64,000 nucleotides of DNA from Eledone cirrhosa (taxonomy: Eukaryota): contig OZ024741.1 in assembly GCA_964016885.1 (NCBI GenBank), positions 154,566,001-154,630,000 of the forward strand, read 5' to 3'. The notes beneath the pieces are model-generated. The model saw only the letters and a list, made by a program, of their open reading frames with translations. It did no database searches and was not told where the DNA came from. How positions within the stretch are numbered: the first letter of the stretch is position 1; each line of letters begins with the position of its first letter. The translations under genes and the position numbers were made by a program. Of the stretch, positions 13,933-27,253 are shown in pieces.

Positions 13933-14146
13933 ATGGTTTCTGATTTAGGTACAAGGCCAGCAATTTGGGGAGAGAGGAAAGTCTATTAAATTGACCCCAG
14001 TGCATTATTGGTGCTTTATTATATCGACCCTGTAAGGATGAATGGCAAAGTTAACCTCGGCGGGATTTGAACTCAGATCATAAAGGGCCGTAACTCTATG
14101 CTGTAAAGCATGGCATCCAACCCTCTACCGATACTGCCAATCCACT
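13933..14146 (-). mobile_element. SINE family 1 copy (longer variant)
   Basis: Aligns with 7173-7360. Confidence 0.8.
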
Positions 14147-14373
14147 GTTAGTAAAAGTAATAATAATGAGAACATTAATAGCAACATTATTGGGTTTAGG
14201 CTTATGCATACCTATGTGCTGACCGGTGTGGAAGCATGCATAAATGAGGGTATACTGCATAAAAACTTGTATACAGATACACCATTTTCCATATATGGTA
14301 GCTGAAAATCATATATATATATAAGACTACTTTGAGTTTCTAACTCAATCTATGATATATATATATATATATA

Positions 14374-14622
14374 TATCAATGATATTAATAAATGGAAACT
14401 ATATTTACAAAACCATATTTATTCTATTATATATATTTCAAGGGTACCAAAACTTGGTACGCTCTCATCAGATAAAATACATACCAAAGTTTTGGTACTC
14501 TTGAAATATATATAATAGAATAAATATGGTTTTGTAAATATAGTTAACATTTATTAATATCATTGATATTATACTCCAGAAAACCTGTCGAGTGCTACGA
14601 ACAAGTTAAATATCCCTTTGCT
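14374..14622 (+). mobile_element. Fold-back PLE-end module, family A, with HHR on the minus arm (about 14419-14479)
   Basis: Arms about 14374-14455 and 14490-14568; TATTTTAT-CTGATGA-GAGCGTACCAA/TTGGTACCCTT-GAAA-TATATA-TA-ATAGAATA; tail hairpin 14573-14593. Confidence 0.75.
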
Positions 14623-14634
14623 TATATATATATT

Positions 14635-14670
<36 letters not shown>

Positions 14671-14812
14671 GATTAACGTCTTTCTTCCACGCCAGCATGG
14701 GTTAGACGGGCCCTATTTAGATGCAAGTTGTGTCAGGTGACTGTGTCTTGTTCATATAGGGGTGTTTCTGGCTGTTTTTCTATGGCCGGATGCCCTTCCT
14801 AACACCAACCAC
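14635..14812 (-). mobile_element. RTE-related 3' end with (GAT)n tail
   Basis: (CAT)n followed by ggatgcccttcctaacaccaaccac, shared with the RTE 3' UTR at about 16370. Confidence 0.7.
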
Positions 14813-15091
14813 ATTGACATATATATATTGTTTTTTTGTTTTTTTTTATCATGCTGAGTAACAACCTCACTCATTTCTTGCTATCCTCTCCCAACCTCCT
14901 TATCATCTATTGCACCATTTATGTGATAAATTTTTGATGTAATTTTTTATGACATTTTATGACATTATGTGCGTCATGTATTGTATGTTTTTCTATATAA
15001 CGCTGGCCTTGGGACCCCCCTACTGGTCTTTTAACCTTGTTCTGGTGACTGAGCTTGATGGACCCTGCAACCTCTGATATACTCTTGTTAA

Positions 15092-15141
15092 TAGGCTCTG
15101 ATGATTCCTGCCATAGGGTATGGATGAAACACTGTTAGCTA
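15092..15141 (+). ncRNA. Type I hammerhead ribozyme in a PLE-end module (module about 14830-15300)
   Basis: GGCT-CTGATGA-TTCCTGCC..GGTATGGAT-GAAA-CACTG-TT-AGCT, then AATAAA; tail hairpin 15193-15225; TA at 15298. Confidence 0.7.
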
Positions 15142-15599
15142 ATAAAACAATGTATTTGTAAGTACTGTTTGGTTATTCCTAAACTTATAACGGCTCTGTA
15201 GTATACTAGTTATCCTACATTGAGCTAAAACCACGCTGTCATACCAAGGGCGATATATCTGCGTGTCTGTGCACATTAATATACTTGTCAACGAAACTAT
15301 ATATATAACTGTATGGACTGGGTGCTACTATAAATTGTGGCACCAAAATGACCACTTTACAGTGTGGACTGGGGGCTGTGGTGAGGAGGTGCATGTATGT
15401 AGGGTGGGGATTGGAGAGTTAGGTCTAGGGAGGGGCATTTAGCTGGTGAAGGGTGGTGTGTAAGGATGTGTGAGGTGTATAGAAAGAGGAGAGGGAAGGG
15501 AAGATGAAAGTGGTGCCTACTAGATGTATGTTTCAGCTCATGCACATGGGAAGGCGAGTTCTCTGCATTACTGCATAACGCCAGAGCTCTCAATCCTGG

Positions 15600-16200
15600 G
15601 TCATCGCCTTTGAGAGGTGCAATTGTGCAAGGTCTATTTTTATCACCTCATCCCAACTCTTTCTAGGTATTCCTACTCTATAGCTGCCATCAACATTGAG
15701 TGCCCTGCACTTTTTATACAGCTATTATCCTTCATACACATCACATGTCCACACCAACACAATCTCCTCTTCTGCACACTATATCTGATCCCTCTTATGT
15801 CCAGTTTCTCTCGCAGTTAATTTATGCTTTGCCATTAATGTATATTACTATTACACACCCATCGAAGCATGCAAGCTTCATTTTTTTCCAGTCTTCTCAG
15901 GTCCTCTACACACAGCACCCAGGTCTCACTAACATTGCTGCCTGTATACATGCATCATACAATCTGTCCTTCATTTTACGGGAAAAACCTTTTGTAGCTA
16001 GCAGCAGTGGTAGCTTCCTGAACCTTTTCCATCCTTTTCTCACTCTGGCTACTGTACTTTCTGAACACCCACCTCCATTGTTAATTCGGTCACCCAGATG
16101 ACAGAAGCTGTCAACTGCTTCTACAGAACCTCCTAAGAATTTGACAGTGCTTGTTTCCTGTGAGTGTTCACTGCTTACAGCTCCTGTGCAATGGCTCCAC
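15600..16200 (-). pseudogene. Degraded RTE LINE C-terminal fragment
   Basis: GGGCSESTVARVRKGWKRFR...KDRLYDACI. Confidence 0.85.
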
Positions 16201-16233
<33 letters not shown>

Positions 16234-16236
<3 letters not shown>

Positions 16237-17800
16237 TCATCATCATCATCATCATCATCGTTTAACGTCCATATTCCACACTTGCATGGGTTTGGACGGG
16301 AGTTTTCCCACTTGAGGCAAGAGTGGTTGTCTTGCTCGCATAGGACTGTCTGGCGGGTTTTCTACGGCTGGATGCCCTTCCTAACACCAACCACATTTAC
16401 AGTGTGGAACTGGGAGGTTTTTACCGTGTTATCTACACGGCCACATTACAGCGTGGACTGTGTGTTTTTTTGTCGTGACACCTACACGACCTCATTTGTT
16501 TCGGGCTGGATGTTGTGGTACCAACATAACTTTACATTGAAAGGGGTGGTGTGGATGGGGTGTGGGTAGTGGGACGGGGTGTATTTTGTTAGAGGTGCCT
16601 ACTGACTGTAGTAGGTTTCACTTTCTACTAAGGTAAGGCGGGTCTTCTCTATTACTGTGTAGCGCCAAAGATCTCGGTCCAGTGACATTGTCTTGGAGAG
16701 GTGTAAGTGTGTGAGGTCAGAATTTATCAAGTCATCCCAGGTTTTTCTGGGTCTGCCTACTCCGTGGCTACCGTCTATTTTTATTGCCCTGCACTTTTTT
16801 ATACAGCTGTCGTCTTTCATGCGCATCACGTGACCATACCAATGTAGTCTTCTCTCGAGTAAACAACATCTGATCCCTCTTATTTCTAATTTTTCCCTTA
16901 GTTCGTTTATGCTTTGCCGTTCATGTATATTACTATTACACATCCAGCGGAGCATGCAAGCTTCGTTCCTCTCCAGTCTGCGTATATCCTCTGCACACAA
17001 TACCCAGGTCTCAATGCCATGTAACATTGCTGTTCGTATGCAGGCATCATACAGCCTGCCTTTCATTTTTAGGGAGAACCCTTTAGCGGCTAATAGTGGT
17101 ATAAGCTCTCTGAACTTTTTCCATCCAGTTCTGACTCTAGCTACTGTACTTTCAGAGCACCCTCCCCCACTGCTGATTTTGTCACCCAGGTACCGGAAGC
17201 TGTCCACTATTTCTATAGAACCATCTGTGTAATGGAATGAGCTAGTATTCTGCGGGCACTTGCTGCTACTTATTGCACCAGAGCACTGGCCACATATAAA
17301 ACCTATGTTCTTAGTTAGCTTACCTGTGATCCCACTACATCTTTTATGCACCCATACTTTGCATTTGGGACATAAAATGGAGTTTCTACCTACTCCTTTC
17401 CTACACACTGAGCATGGCCATTTCCTGGATGGGACGGTGCCCTATTTTCCTTCCTACAAACTAGAACTTTAGTCTTAGCCAGGTTAATTTTAAGGCCTTT
17501 TGATTCTAGGCCATGCTTCCATGTTTGGAATTTCTTCTCTAGTTCGGCCATTGATTCAGCTATGAGCGTTAGATCATCTGCGTATAGGAGTTCCCATGGG
17601 CAGCCGGTCTTGAACTCCACTGTTATAGCCTGAAGGGCAATAATAAATAGTAGGGGGCTAAGAACGGAGCCCTGATGAACACCAACTTTTACGCTAAACT
17701 CTTCACTATATTCGTTGTTAATTCTAACCTTGCTGACTGTTTCTTTATACATGGCTTGTATAGCTCTCACAAGCCATTCATCAACACCTAGTTTTCTGTA
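16234..17800 (-). mobile_element. 5'-truncated RTE LINE (frameshifted RT, 3' UTR, (GAT)n tail)
   Basis: ORFs 17390-17770 (GVHQGSVLSPLLF, LLYADD) and 16599-17408 (PHD-like Cys motif, RRLHWYGHV, GRPRKTW). Confidence 0.92.
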
Positions 17801-17964
17801 GCCAATCTCTTGGACTTTTATGAAGTGCTAAGGGGATAAAGTTACTATAAAGAGTGGTGTGCACATGTGTGAGATACTATAAAATAGCTTATACAATGTT
17901 TGTTTATAAGTTGTGATTCAGCTATCTAATTTAACATTGTCATAAGAATTACCATTGTCCCAGT

Positions 17965-18380
17965 ACAAACTATGAATTGGTTGGTGATAGGATCCAGCCA
18001 TAAAGAGCTTGCCTAACACCGGGTTGGGATGACCTTTCAGTTATGTCAAGGACATGACACCCTCCCTAGTGTTGGTGATATACATGATAGGTGCACCAAG
18101 TACACACTGTAAAGTGGATGGTGATAAGGAGTGCATCCAACCAGTCATAAGAAAGCTTGCCAAACAAAGGGTTGGGAGGACCCTCCAGTTGTGTCAAAGT
18201 ATGACAACCTTCTTAGTATAGGTGTCTCGATAAAATGCAAACAGTAGAATGATGAACTGTGTGTAAGTGAGATGCGACCCCTGGCCTGTCTGAGAGGTCC
18301 CAGCAGTCCCGCTGCAGTACTGACTCAGTCTGTGAAGACCAATCCAACACTTGCTAGCATGCTGATGATGATGATGATGA
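17965..18380 (+). mobile_element. RTE 3'-UTR-derived repeat with internal tandem duplication and (GAT)n tail
   Basis: Two related units (ggttggtgatagg..atccagcc..gcttgcc..gggttggga..gacc..cagtt.tgtcaa), then ttgctagcatg(ctgatg)n-like end. Confidence 0.6.
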
Positions 18381-18387
18381 CATATAT

Positions 18388-18459
<72 letters not shown>

Positions 18460-18859
18460 AAAATAAATTTTTTTTTAAATAAAAAAACCAGATGTCCTAT
18501 ATATAGTATGTAAAAGAAGATTATAATGGAGTATTCCATTATTACTTTCTGTAAGGTGAAAAAAAACTCAATGCACACTAAAAATTCTCACCGAAATACT
18601 CTTCGAAGGTTAAAGTTCTTGCTGTTGAGGACAATGAGGGTAGCAGAGCATAAATATTTAAAATTCTAACAATTACAAGAAATAATAATATTATTAATAA
18701 TAATAATAATTTATTGTCTTTTACTTCAACCTAAAAACATATTCTTCTACAACCTTGTACTTCTACCCTGCTTCACTTGTATTCTTCATGTGCTTGCTAA
18801 TGTTCAACACTTGATACTGCGTATACACTTGAAATATGTATTTGGTTAAATACAATCCC

Positions 18860-19003
18860 TTTTAATAATTCCTGATGACATCCAGGCGTTATATGTATTG
18901 TGTTTTGTGTAAATAATTGTTAATTAACTGTTTCTGATTAACTTGTTGTCTACATATGCATATGCCATTATCACCTGTATAGAAATGAATGTAAATATTA
19001 AAA
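18860..19003 (+). ncRNA. Hammerhead-like motif with long stem II, downstream of a possible decayed GIY-YIG C-terminus (about 18485-18630)
   Basis: TTTTAATAATTC-CTGATGA...GAAA-TGAATG-TA-AATATTAAAA. Confidence 0.5.
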
Positions 19004-19039
19004 AATAGATTTATTTGATAACCTTAGTTTTCTTCATTT

Positions 19040-19078
<39 letters not shown>

Positions 19079-19084
<6 letters not shown>

Positions 19085-19377
19085 AACATAAGATAATTAA
19101 TTCATTTACCAATGGTTTCTTGAAGACAGATACTTATATCTGTCTTCATTCATCAGAAACATTTTTTATTATGGAATAGTGATATGGAAATCCATATCAC
19201 TATTCCAAAATAACATTTTTTTCTGATGAATGAAGACAGATATAAGTATCTGTCTTCAAGAAACCATTGGTAAATGAATTAATTATCTTATGTTGTTTAT
19301 TACATAACTAAAAAGCTCTGTAGCCTACATAGAGCACTTTCTTTTCCTTTACATTTCCTACGGAAATACTTCATTTA
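19079..19377 (+). mobile_element. Near-perfect fold-back PLE-end module with an HHR in each arm
   Basis: About 110-bp arms centred at about 19189; CTGATGA-ATGAAGACAGATA TAAG TATCTGTCTTCAA-GAAA-CCATTGG-TA (19223-19272); tail hairpin 19315-19335. Confidence 0.85.
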
Positions 19378-19382
19378 TATCT

Positions 19383-19420
<38 letters not shown>

Positions 19421-19421
<1 letters not shown>

Positions 19422-21669
19422 CCGCTCTCACCCGAGCCCGTGCTGTCCACCGCTCCACCACCCTCACCCCACGCCACCGCACACCCACCCACCGTCCCCC
19501 CATTACCCATCACCTACCACCCCTCCACCTTACCCCATCCACCGCACCATCCGCCGCCTCTTCTGACGCCTCCAGTCCAACCCCTCCACCTCCCAAACCC
19601 CACCACTCCCCTCCTTCAAATGCGCACGCAATCTCCGCACCCTCCTCGTCCACAGCTCCCTACCCCCCAACCCACGGTCTGTTCCCCCCCCGGTTCCTTT
19701 CCCTGTTCTAGGCCCGCTGCAACACCTGTCCCCACATCACCAACACCACCACCTTCCAGGGTCCCAATGGCCACTCTCTCTCGGTCCGGCATGCCTTCCG
19801 CTGCACCTCCTCCAACCTAGTCTACGGACTTCGCTGCACGGATTGCAGCGCGACTTATGTCGGACAGACGGGACGTCGCCTGGCGGACCGATTCACTGAG
19901 CACCTCCGGGATATTCGTCTCGGTGGTAGTTCCCCCATCGCCCGCCACTTTGGTGGCCCTGGACATTCCGCACGCCATCTCACAGTCTGTGGCCTACTCC
20001 AATGCCACGGAACACCCGCCAATCTCCTTAGAGTCGAACAAAGAACTATCTTCATCTTACAGACCCACACTCCCCCCGGCCTGAACTCCCCACCCTTATT
20101 CCTTTAGCCTTCGACCCCCCCCCCCACACACATATCCCCCACTAACACCACTAACACACCCCTCCTTTTCACCGCCCACCCCACAACTAACAATACTAAC
20201 ACCTCCACTCCACCCCTCATCCGACCATCCTTCCCCAACTAACATACTAACATCCCTCCCTTCTTCTCCTACCCCTCCTTATCACACGCACACACCCACC
20301 GGCACATATATACACGCGCTCACACTAAACACACACCCTACTACCACCACTAACCCTCACCCCCACACCTCCATCCCACCACCTCGCAACTAACCTCACT
20401 AACACCCCCTGACCCCAAGCACACGAACACACGCACCCACTTACACCACCCACCCCACACGCAACTAACATCACTAACACCCCCCAACCCACGCACACGT
20501 ACCCACACACCCTCGTACACCACCAACTCTACACACCCTACCACCACTAACCCCCACTCACACCTGCATTCAACCCTTTCCCCACCTCCCGTATACTAAC
20601 ACCCACTAACACCCCCTTCATCAAACCACACACACACCAGTACACCACACTCCCTCCATAGAAATACACACACCCTTCTCTCCCCGCTCCACCCACACCC
20701 TCGCTCCACACTCACTCATCCCACTAACACCTCTACTAATACACACACACACCCTCCTCACTCCAACTTTCACACCTACCCATCCTCGCCCCTTTACCAT
20801 TCCACCCGACTGCTGCTATGCCCTCTGACCACCTCCCAGCACAAACAGATACAGCACTCCCACCGCTTGACCACTTCCTGTTGCGCGCGCACCCCACATC
20901 TCTCCTCTTCCGACCATCTCTTCATGGAATACTCGTATGTGGAACTTGACCACCACGGAATCTACTAAACATCATAGGAATTTACCAACATTTCAACCAT
21001 CCTCTTACGGAATCACCTATATAACTCACCCACACACACACCCCCAAAAATTTTTTTCTCCCACACGCCACCTACACCCACAACACGCTTAAACCCCACA
21101 CACACATGCTTTCCACCACATATTTACACCCTCAGCCTCCTGATTCCTCTCCCCCCACCCCTCTATCCACACACGCACAGACACTCCGACCTACAACCCC
21201 CCCACACACCTCTTCCTGAACATGCAACCCCGTTCTTCCCCCAACCCTTACTTTCACATACACACACACACGTACACCTACACACACACACGTACACCTA
21301 CACACACACACCACCTTCAGCCCTCCCCGCTCGGACACCCGTCTCCCTCTCCCCACTCCACCCGCCACCACCCCTACACACCCCACACCCTTCCACCACC
21401 TGTTTTATCCCTTTTTAATTTCAGTTTATTTTGATCATGCTTTATTTTTATTTTTACTTTTAATTTCATTCGCACCGTTTCCTTTCGCTATATGTCTCTC
21501 CACCACTCCCCTACACACCCTTTGAACTCTGTTACCACACACTTCTCACCTGAGGAAGGGCTTATGCCCGAAACGTCGTTCCCCACCGCCACCCCACTCT
21601 CCAGAGCGTGAAATTAATAAACATTCGTTGTACTGCCTCTCTGTTTTGTTCCTGTTAAAATTTTTCCAT

Positions 21670-21670
<1 letters not shown>
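19421..21670 (+). mobile_element. 5'-truncated Neptune-type PLE: frameshifted Cys linker and GIY-YIG (about 19690-20108), C/A-rich 3' UTR, HHR core at 21550-21578
   Basis: Manual translation ...CNTCPHI...CTSSNLVYGLRCTDCSATYVGQTGRRLADRFTEHLRDI...EQRTIFILQTHTPPGLN; CTGAGGA-AGGGC TTAT GCCC-GAAACGTC. Confidence 0.85.
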
Positions 21671-21696
<26 letters not shown>

Positions 21697-21700
<4 letters not shown>

Positions 21701-23590
21701 TGAAGTTTCCATTGAAAATTGAAAAAGTCATAGGAGTGAAGAGTGCTCTATGTAAGTAACAGAGCTAAATTTAATGTATAAAAACAATACAATATAATTA
21801 CCTCATTACCAGAGGTTTCCCGAATAAGACGAATACAAAAAACGTCCTCATTCGTTCAATGGACAAGGCAATTTAAAACATAGTAAAATATTTGAAAAAT
21901 CTCCTCAAGAAAGGCAAAAAAATATATAAATAAAAGTAATGCAAGAGATATATAAAAAAATAAGGAAATATAGTTAGGGTATGTGTATAAATGTGTGTAT
22001 ATTCACTCACAAATGTACATATGTGTGTATGTACAAATGCATGTGTATAGTGAAAATGTGTGCGTAAGTACATATATGAGGGCAAGCATATCAGTGTATG
22101 TGTGACCACAAATACGTATATAATATAAGTTGAAAAAGAAATTGTAAGATAATATAGTTAACATACATCCAGATTCAGGTATTAAGGAATGAAATATATA
22201 CACATACAAGTATGAAAGCACGCGTATAAACACACACACACACACGCGCGCGATCACATATATGCGAATGATATATAGGGAAGGGAGTATATTAGTCAAA
22301 GGAGTGTCAGTCTGAGGCTCGATACATGTATAAAAATGAAACAATATATGAGAATAAAAAACATTTTTAAATGAAAGAGAAAGTAAGCGGGAGGGGTTAT
22401 CAATTATAAATTAACACTAAAAAAAATAGAAAACAAACATAGGTTCGTACGTACACATATATATATATAAAAATATATATAAAAATACGTACAGACAAAA
22501 GCACATACATGCGTACATACATACAAAGGCGCGCACACATACATACGAAGCATATATATATATATATATATAAGCACATGTATATCTAATCACACGCACG
22601 TACGCGACTATATATATATACATATACACACATACATACACATACATATATATATACATACATATACACACACACGTATATATAAGTATGTAAAAAACAT
22701 AGATATAAAAAAAGATATAAAAACACACATACACACACATGCGCACATACGAATGAGTTCGTATACACATACAGACACGCATACACATACATGCACACTC
22801 ACACGCATAGATACAATATAATAACCAGCCGTATGAATAAATGAGTACAAATTATACATACATAAGGGCGGCTGAGAGACAACAGAATATATCTGGAGTT
22901 GAAAACGCAAGTGACATGTGGAAACAGGTAGTGAAAGAAAAAGGGGAAGTAAAATGTGTGGAATTGTGAAGATATTAGGTAAGTGAATTAAAAAGCAGCG
23001 GGGGGGGGGGGGGGCTCACTGGTGGATGTGAAGTAAAAATAAGGTTAAAAATAAAAATAAAAGTAAATCAGAAAGAGAAGTCTGTAAAGAGGATAATCTA
23101 AGGAAAGTGAAGAACAAAGGTTCATGGAGGATAAGTATCTGAAAGTGAGTTAAGTTTATATGAGCTGGAAAGCAAGTGTGATTTCATGTGTGGGCAACTG
23201 GTGAACATTTTTGTTTTTGCATTTAGGCAGGATTTTGGTGATTTAAGGTTCTGTAAAATCCATTATTTTTCACTTATGCAGAGTGTGCATCTTCTTGTTC
23301 CCCTTGCATATTCTTTAGATTGGTCCAAAATTGACCAATCCAATTTATATTGGATACCTTGGTCTTTCAAATCCCATATTCTGCTAGCCAGAACTGTTGT
23401 AAATCTTTTTTCAGGATGTCGGAAAGATGCGACATGTGAGTAATAACGCGTTTTGAATTTGTCTTGTGTCATACCCACATATCGTTCACTGGTGGCTGGT
23501 AGGTTGTTGCTGGTGGTTGTCACTTTAGCCGCATATACAATGGCTTTGGTGTTGCATTTACCTTGTAATGGGCATTCACTTTTGACTCTG
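21697..23590 (-). mobile_element. 5'-truncated Naiad-type PLE: GIY-YIG (about 23130-23590), microsatellite-rich 3' UTR, degenerate HHR (21801-21869), tail hairpin 21745-21765
   Basis: ECPLQGKCNTKAIVYAAKV...YVGMTQDKFKTRYYSH...CTLCISEK*. Confidence 0.88.
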
Positions 23591-24289
23591 AGATAAAGCT
23601 GACATCTGTGTTTCGTACTGATCGGTACTTATCAAAGCCAAGTACTCCACCTGTTTGCTGAAAATCATGAATGTTTGATTCTTATAGAATTTCTAGTAAT
23701 AATCAGGAACTGATTATACAGAGCGGTTGCCGGTCAAGCAGAAATTGAAAATTAGAATTGGCGCTCTGAAATAGCGATATATATATGAATGTATATATAG
23801 TGTATTTTGCAATACACTGTATGCTTAATTAAAAGCATTTCGAAGACCTTACGCAGGGGAGATAAAGCTGACAGAGCTGTGTTTCGTACTGATTGGTACT
23901 TATCAAAGCCAAGTACTCCACCTGTTTGCTGAAAATCATGAATTAAGCATACAGTGTATTGCAAAATACACTATATATACATTCATATATATATCGCTAT
24001 TTCAAAGCGCCAATTCTAATTTTCAATTTCTGCTTGACCGGCAACCGCTCTGTATAATCAGTTCCTGAATATTGCTAGAAATTCTATAAGAATCAAACAT
24101 TCATGATTTTCAGCAAACAGGTGGAGTACTTGGCTTTGATAAGTACCAATCAGTATGAAACACAGCTCTGTCAGCTTTATCTCCCCTGTTTGCTGAAAAT
24201 TAAAAGTAAGTGAGTCTGTCACTACTCTAAGGTCTTCGAAATGCTTTTAATTAAGCATACAGTGTATTGCAAAATACGCTATATATACA

Positions 24290-24296
<7 letters not shown>
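23590..24296. mobile_element. Multiply inverted and duplicated module carrying UUGAUAA-variant hammerheads
   Basis: 23590-23830 is inverted relative to 23941-24183; 23859-23940 directly repeats 23590-23670; GGCT-TTGATAA-GTAC..GTAY-GAAA-CA..TG-TC-AGCT. Confidence 0.6.
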
Positions 24297-24342
<46 letters not shown>

Positions 24343-24369
24343 GTATGTATATATGTATATGTATGTATA

Positions 24370-24912
24370 TGTAGATAAATCTACCAAAAGTTTACGGTAG
24401 TGTCCAATCCGTATGAAGAACTCAATGTAATCCGGATATCATGAAAAGAAAAGATGCATTCAAAAACTACTTTCGGTGAAAAATAAACGGAAAACAGAGT
24501 CAAGATAAATTATTAAAAAAATAATGAATAAACAAAGAAACAGTTCCTTATATTAAACAAAAAAAGTTCATTATTTTACGATCGTTTCTAGGACATATAT
24601 GTGTTAGAATTGGTATGCATATTCTATAGATCTATGTACAATATTTATACAAACTATCAGAGGGAATATACATACCTTCACATATATATGCTGTCTTCAG
24701 AAATAATAGATTATTTCTGAAGACAGCATATATATGTGAAGGTATGTATATTCCCTCTGATAGTTTGTATAAATATTGTACATAGATCTATAGAATATGC
24801 ATACCAATTCTAACACATATATGTCCTAGAAACGATCGTAAAATAATGAACTTTTTTTGTTTAATATAAGGAACTGTTTCTTTGTTTATTCATTATTTTT
24901 TAAATAATTTAT
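24370..24912 (-). mobile_element. Fold-back PLE-end module with ~200-bp arms, each holding a long-stem-II HHR
   Basis: Arms 24506-24708 and 24710-24912; TTATTT-CTGAAGA...GAAA-CGATCG-TA-AAATAA (24711-24846); tail hairpin 24420-24500. Confidence 0.85.
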
Positions 24913-24930
24913 ATATGTATATGTATATGT

Positions 24931-24996
<66 letters not shown>

Positions 24997-25094
24997 GTAT
25001 ATATGTATATGTATATATATATGTATATGTATATATATATGTATATATATATATATAGATATGTATATGTATATATATATAGATATGTATATGT

Positions 25095-25962
25095 AATGTA
25101 TAAAAATCAATACAATATAATTACCTCATTACCAGAGGTTTCCCGAATGAGGCGAATATGAAAGAAACGTCTTCATTCGTTCGTCAGACGAGGCAATATA
25201 AAACATGGGTAAATACTTGGAAAGTCTCGTCAAGAAAATAAAAAAAAGATATAGACAAATGAATTAGAAATTGAAATATATAAAAATCTATCAAGAAATA
25301 TAGTTAGGTGTGTGTATATGTATGTATATACGCCCACAGATGTGCATATATGTGTATGCACACATGTATACGTATAGTGAAAAAGTGTGCGTAAATATAA
25401 AATTTAGGGCAAATGTATCTGTATGTCTGTAATCTACAGACAGAATAGATACATCATAAAAAATTAAATATGAAGGCGCGCGCATAAACACACCTACACA
25501 CACGTACACTTAGATGCGGAAGTAAAAGAGGTAAGGGAGTGTAATAATTAAAGGGAAGTATCAATCTCGATATATTTATAAAAATGGAACAATAAAATGG
25601 AAAGAAAAAAGAAAAAAGTTTTTAGAAAGAAAAGAAGACAAAAAAGGGGTACATACATACACACACACGCATATCTCACAAAAGAAACGCAAAAATATAC
25701 ATGCTTATATACACACGCACACTTACACATCCATACGTTCGATACGTACATACACACACACACAACACTCATACTTACACTCACGCATATTGACCTGTTT
25801 GCATGCACACGCATAAAAATGAGTAAGTAGAAAAAAGGGGGGGGGGAGAAGAAAAAAGGAACAAAACATAAAACTTAGATGTCAAAAACACGGATATAAA
25901 GACACATGCACATACGCATAATATATGCATACACACACACACATACATACATATATATACAT

Positions 25963-26025
<63 letters not shown>

Positions 26026-26733
26026 CACGCGCGCGCACATACGTAGTCGCTCATGCACATATATAGAAAGTATACACACATTAAGGCGTTCAGCCATATT
26101 GATACAGGGTGTAAAAAACTTGTGGATAAGTAAGTACAAATATAAAATTGTAAGATTGGCTGCGCAAAAATAAAAAAATAAATAAAAATAAAAATGAAAA
26201 ATATATCTGGTTTGGAAAACACAAATGACAAGTGTAATCAGTTAGTGAAGGAAAAAGGGAAGTAAAAAAGGGGGCGGGGGAAATTAAAAAATGGAAAGTG
26301 AATCGGAGAATAAAGGGGGGGGGGGTTGTTTATGGATGTGAAGTAAAAATAAAAATAAAAATAAAAATAAAAATAAATGAAATTAATGACAAGGATAAAA
26401 ATGAAAGTAAGTCAGAAAGGGTAATTAAAAAGAGAATAATAAGAGTTTATGGAGGATAAGTATCTGAAAGTGTGTTAAGTTTATATGAGCTGGAAAGCAG
26501 GTGTGATTTCATGTGTGGGCAACTGGTGAAAATTTCCGTCTTTGTGTTCAGGCAGGTCTTTGGTGATTTTAGATTTTGCAATATCCAATATTTTTCATTT
26601 ATGCAGAGCGTGCATTTTCTTGTTCCTCTAGCATATTTTTTAGATTGGTTCAAAATCGACCAATCTAATTTATATTGGATGCCTTGGTCTTTCAAATCCC
26701 AAATTCTGCTAGTCAGAGCTGTTGTAAATCTTA
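25095..26733 (-). mobile_element. Second copy of the Naiad-type family at 21697, with an intact HHR (25123-25193)
   Basis: ORF 26447-26695 (CTLCINEK...[13 protein letters not shown]); CCTCGT-CTGACGA-..-GAAA-CCTCTGG-TA-ATGAGG. Confidence 0.88.
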
Positions 26734-26804
<71 letters not shown>

Positions 26805-26860
26805 GGTATATATATATATAGATGTATATATATATAGATGTATATATATATGTATATATG

Positions 26861-26926
<66 letters not shown>

Positions 26927-26946
26927 AATATATATATATATATATT

Positions 26947-27115
<169 letters not shown>

Positions 27116-27150
27116 GTATATATATACATATATATATATATATGTATATT

Positions 27151-27181
<31 letters not shown>

Positions 27182-27184
27182 GTA

Positions 27185-27251
<67 letters not shown>

Positions 27252-27253
<2 letters not shown>

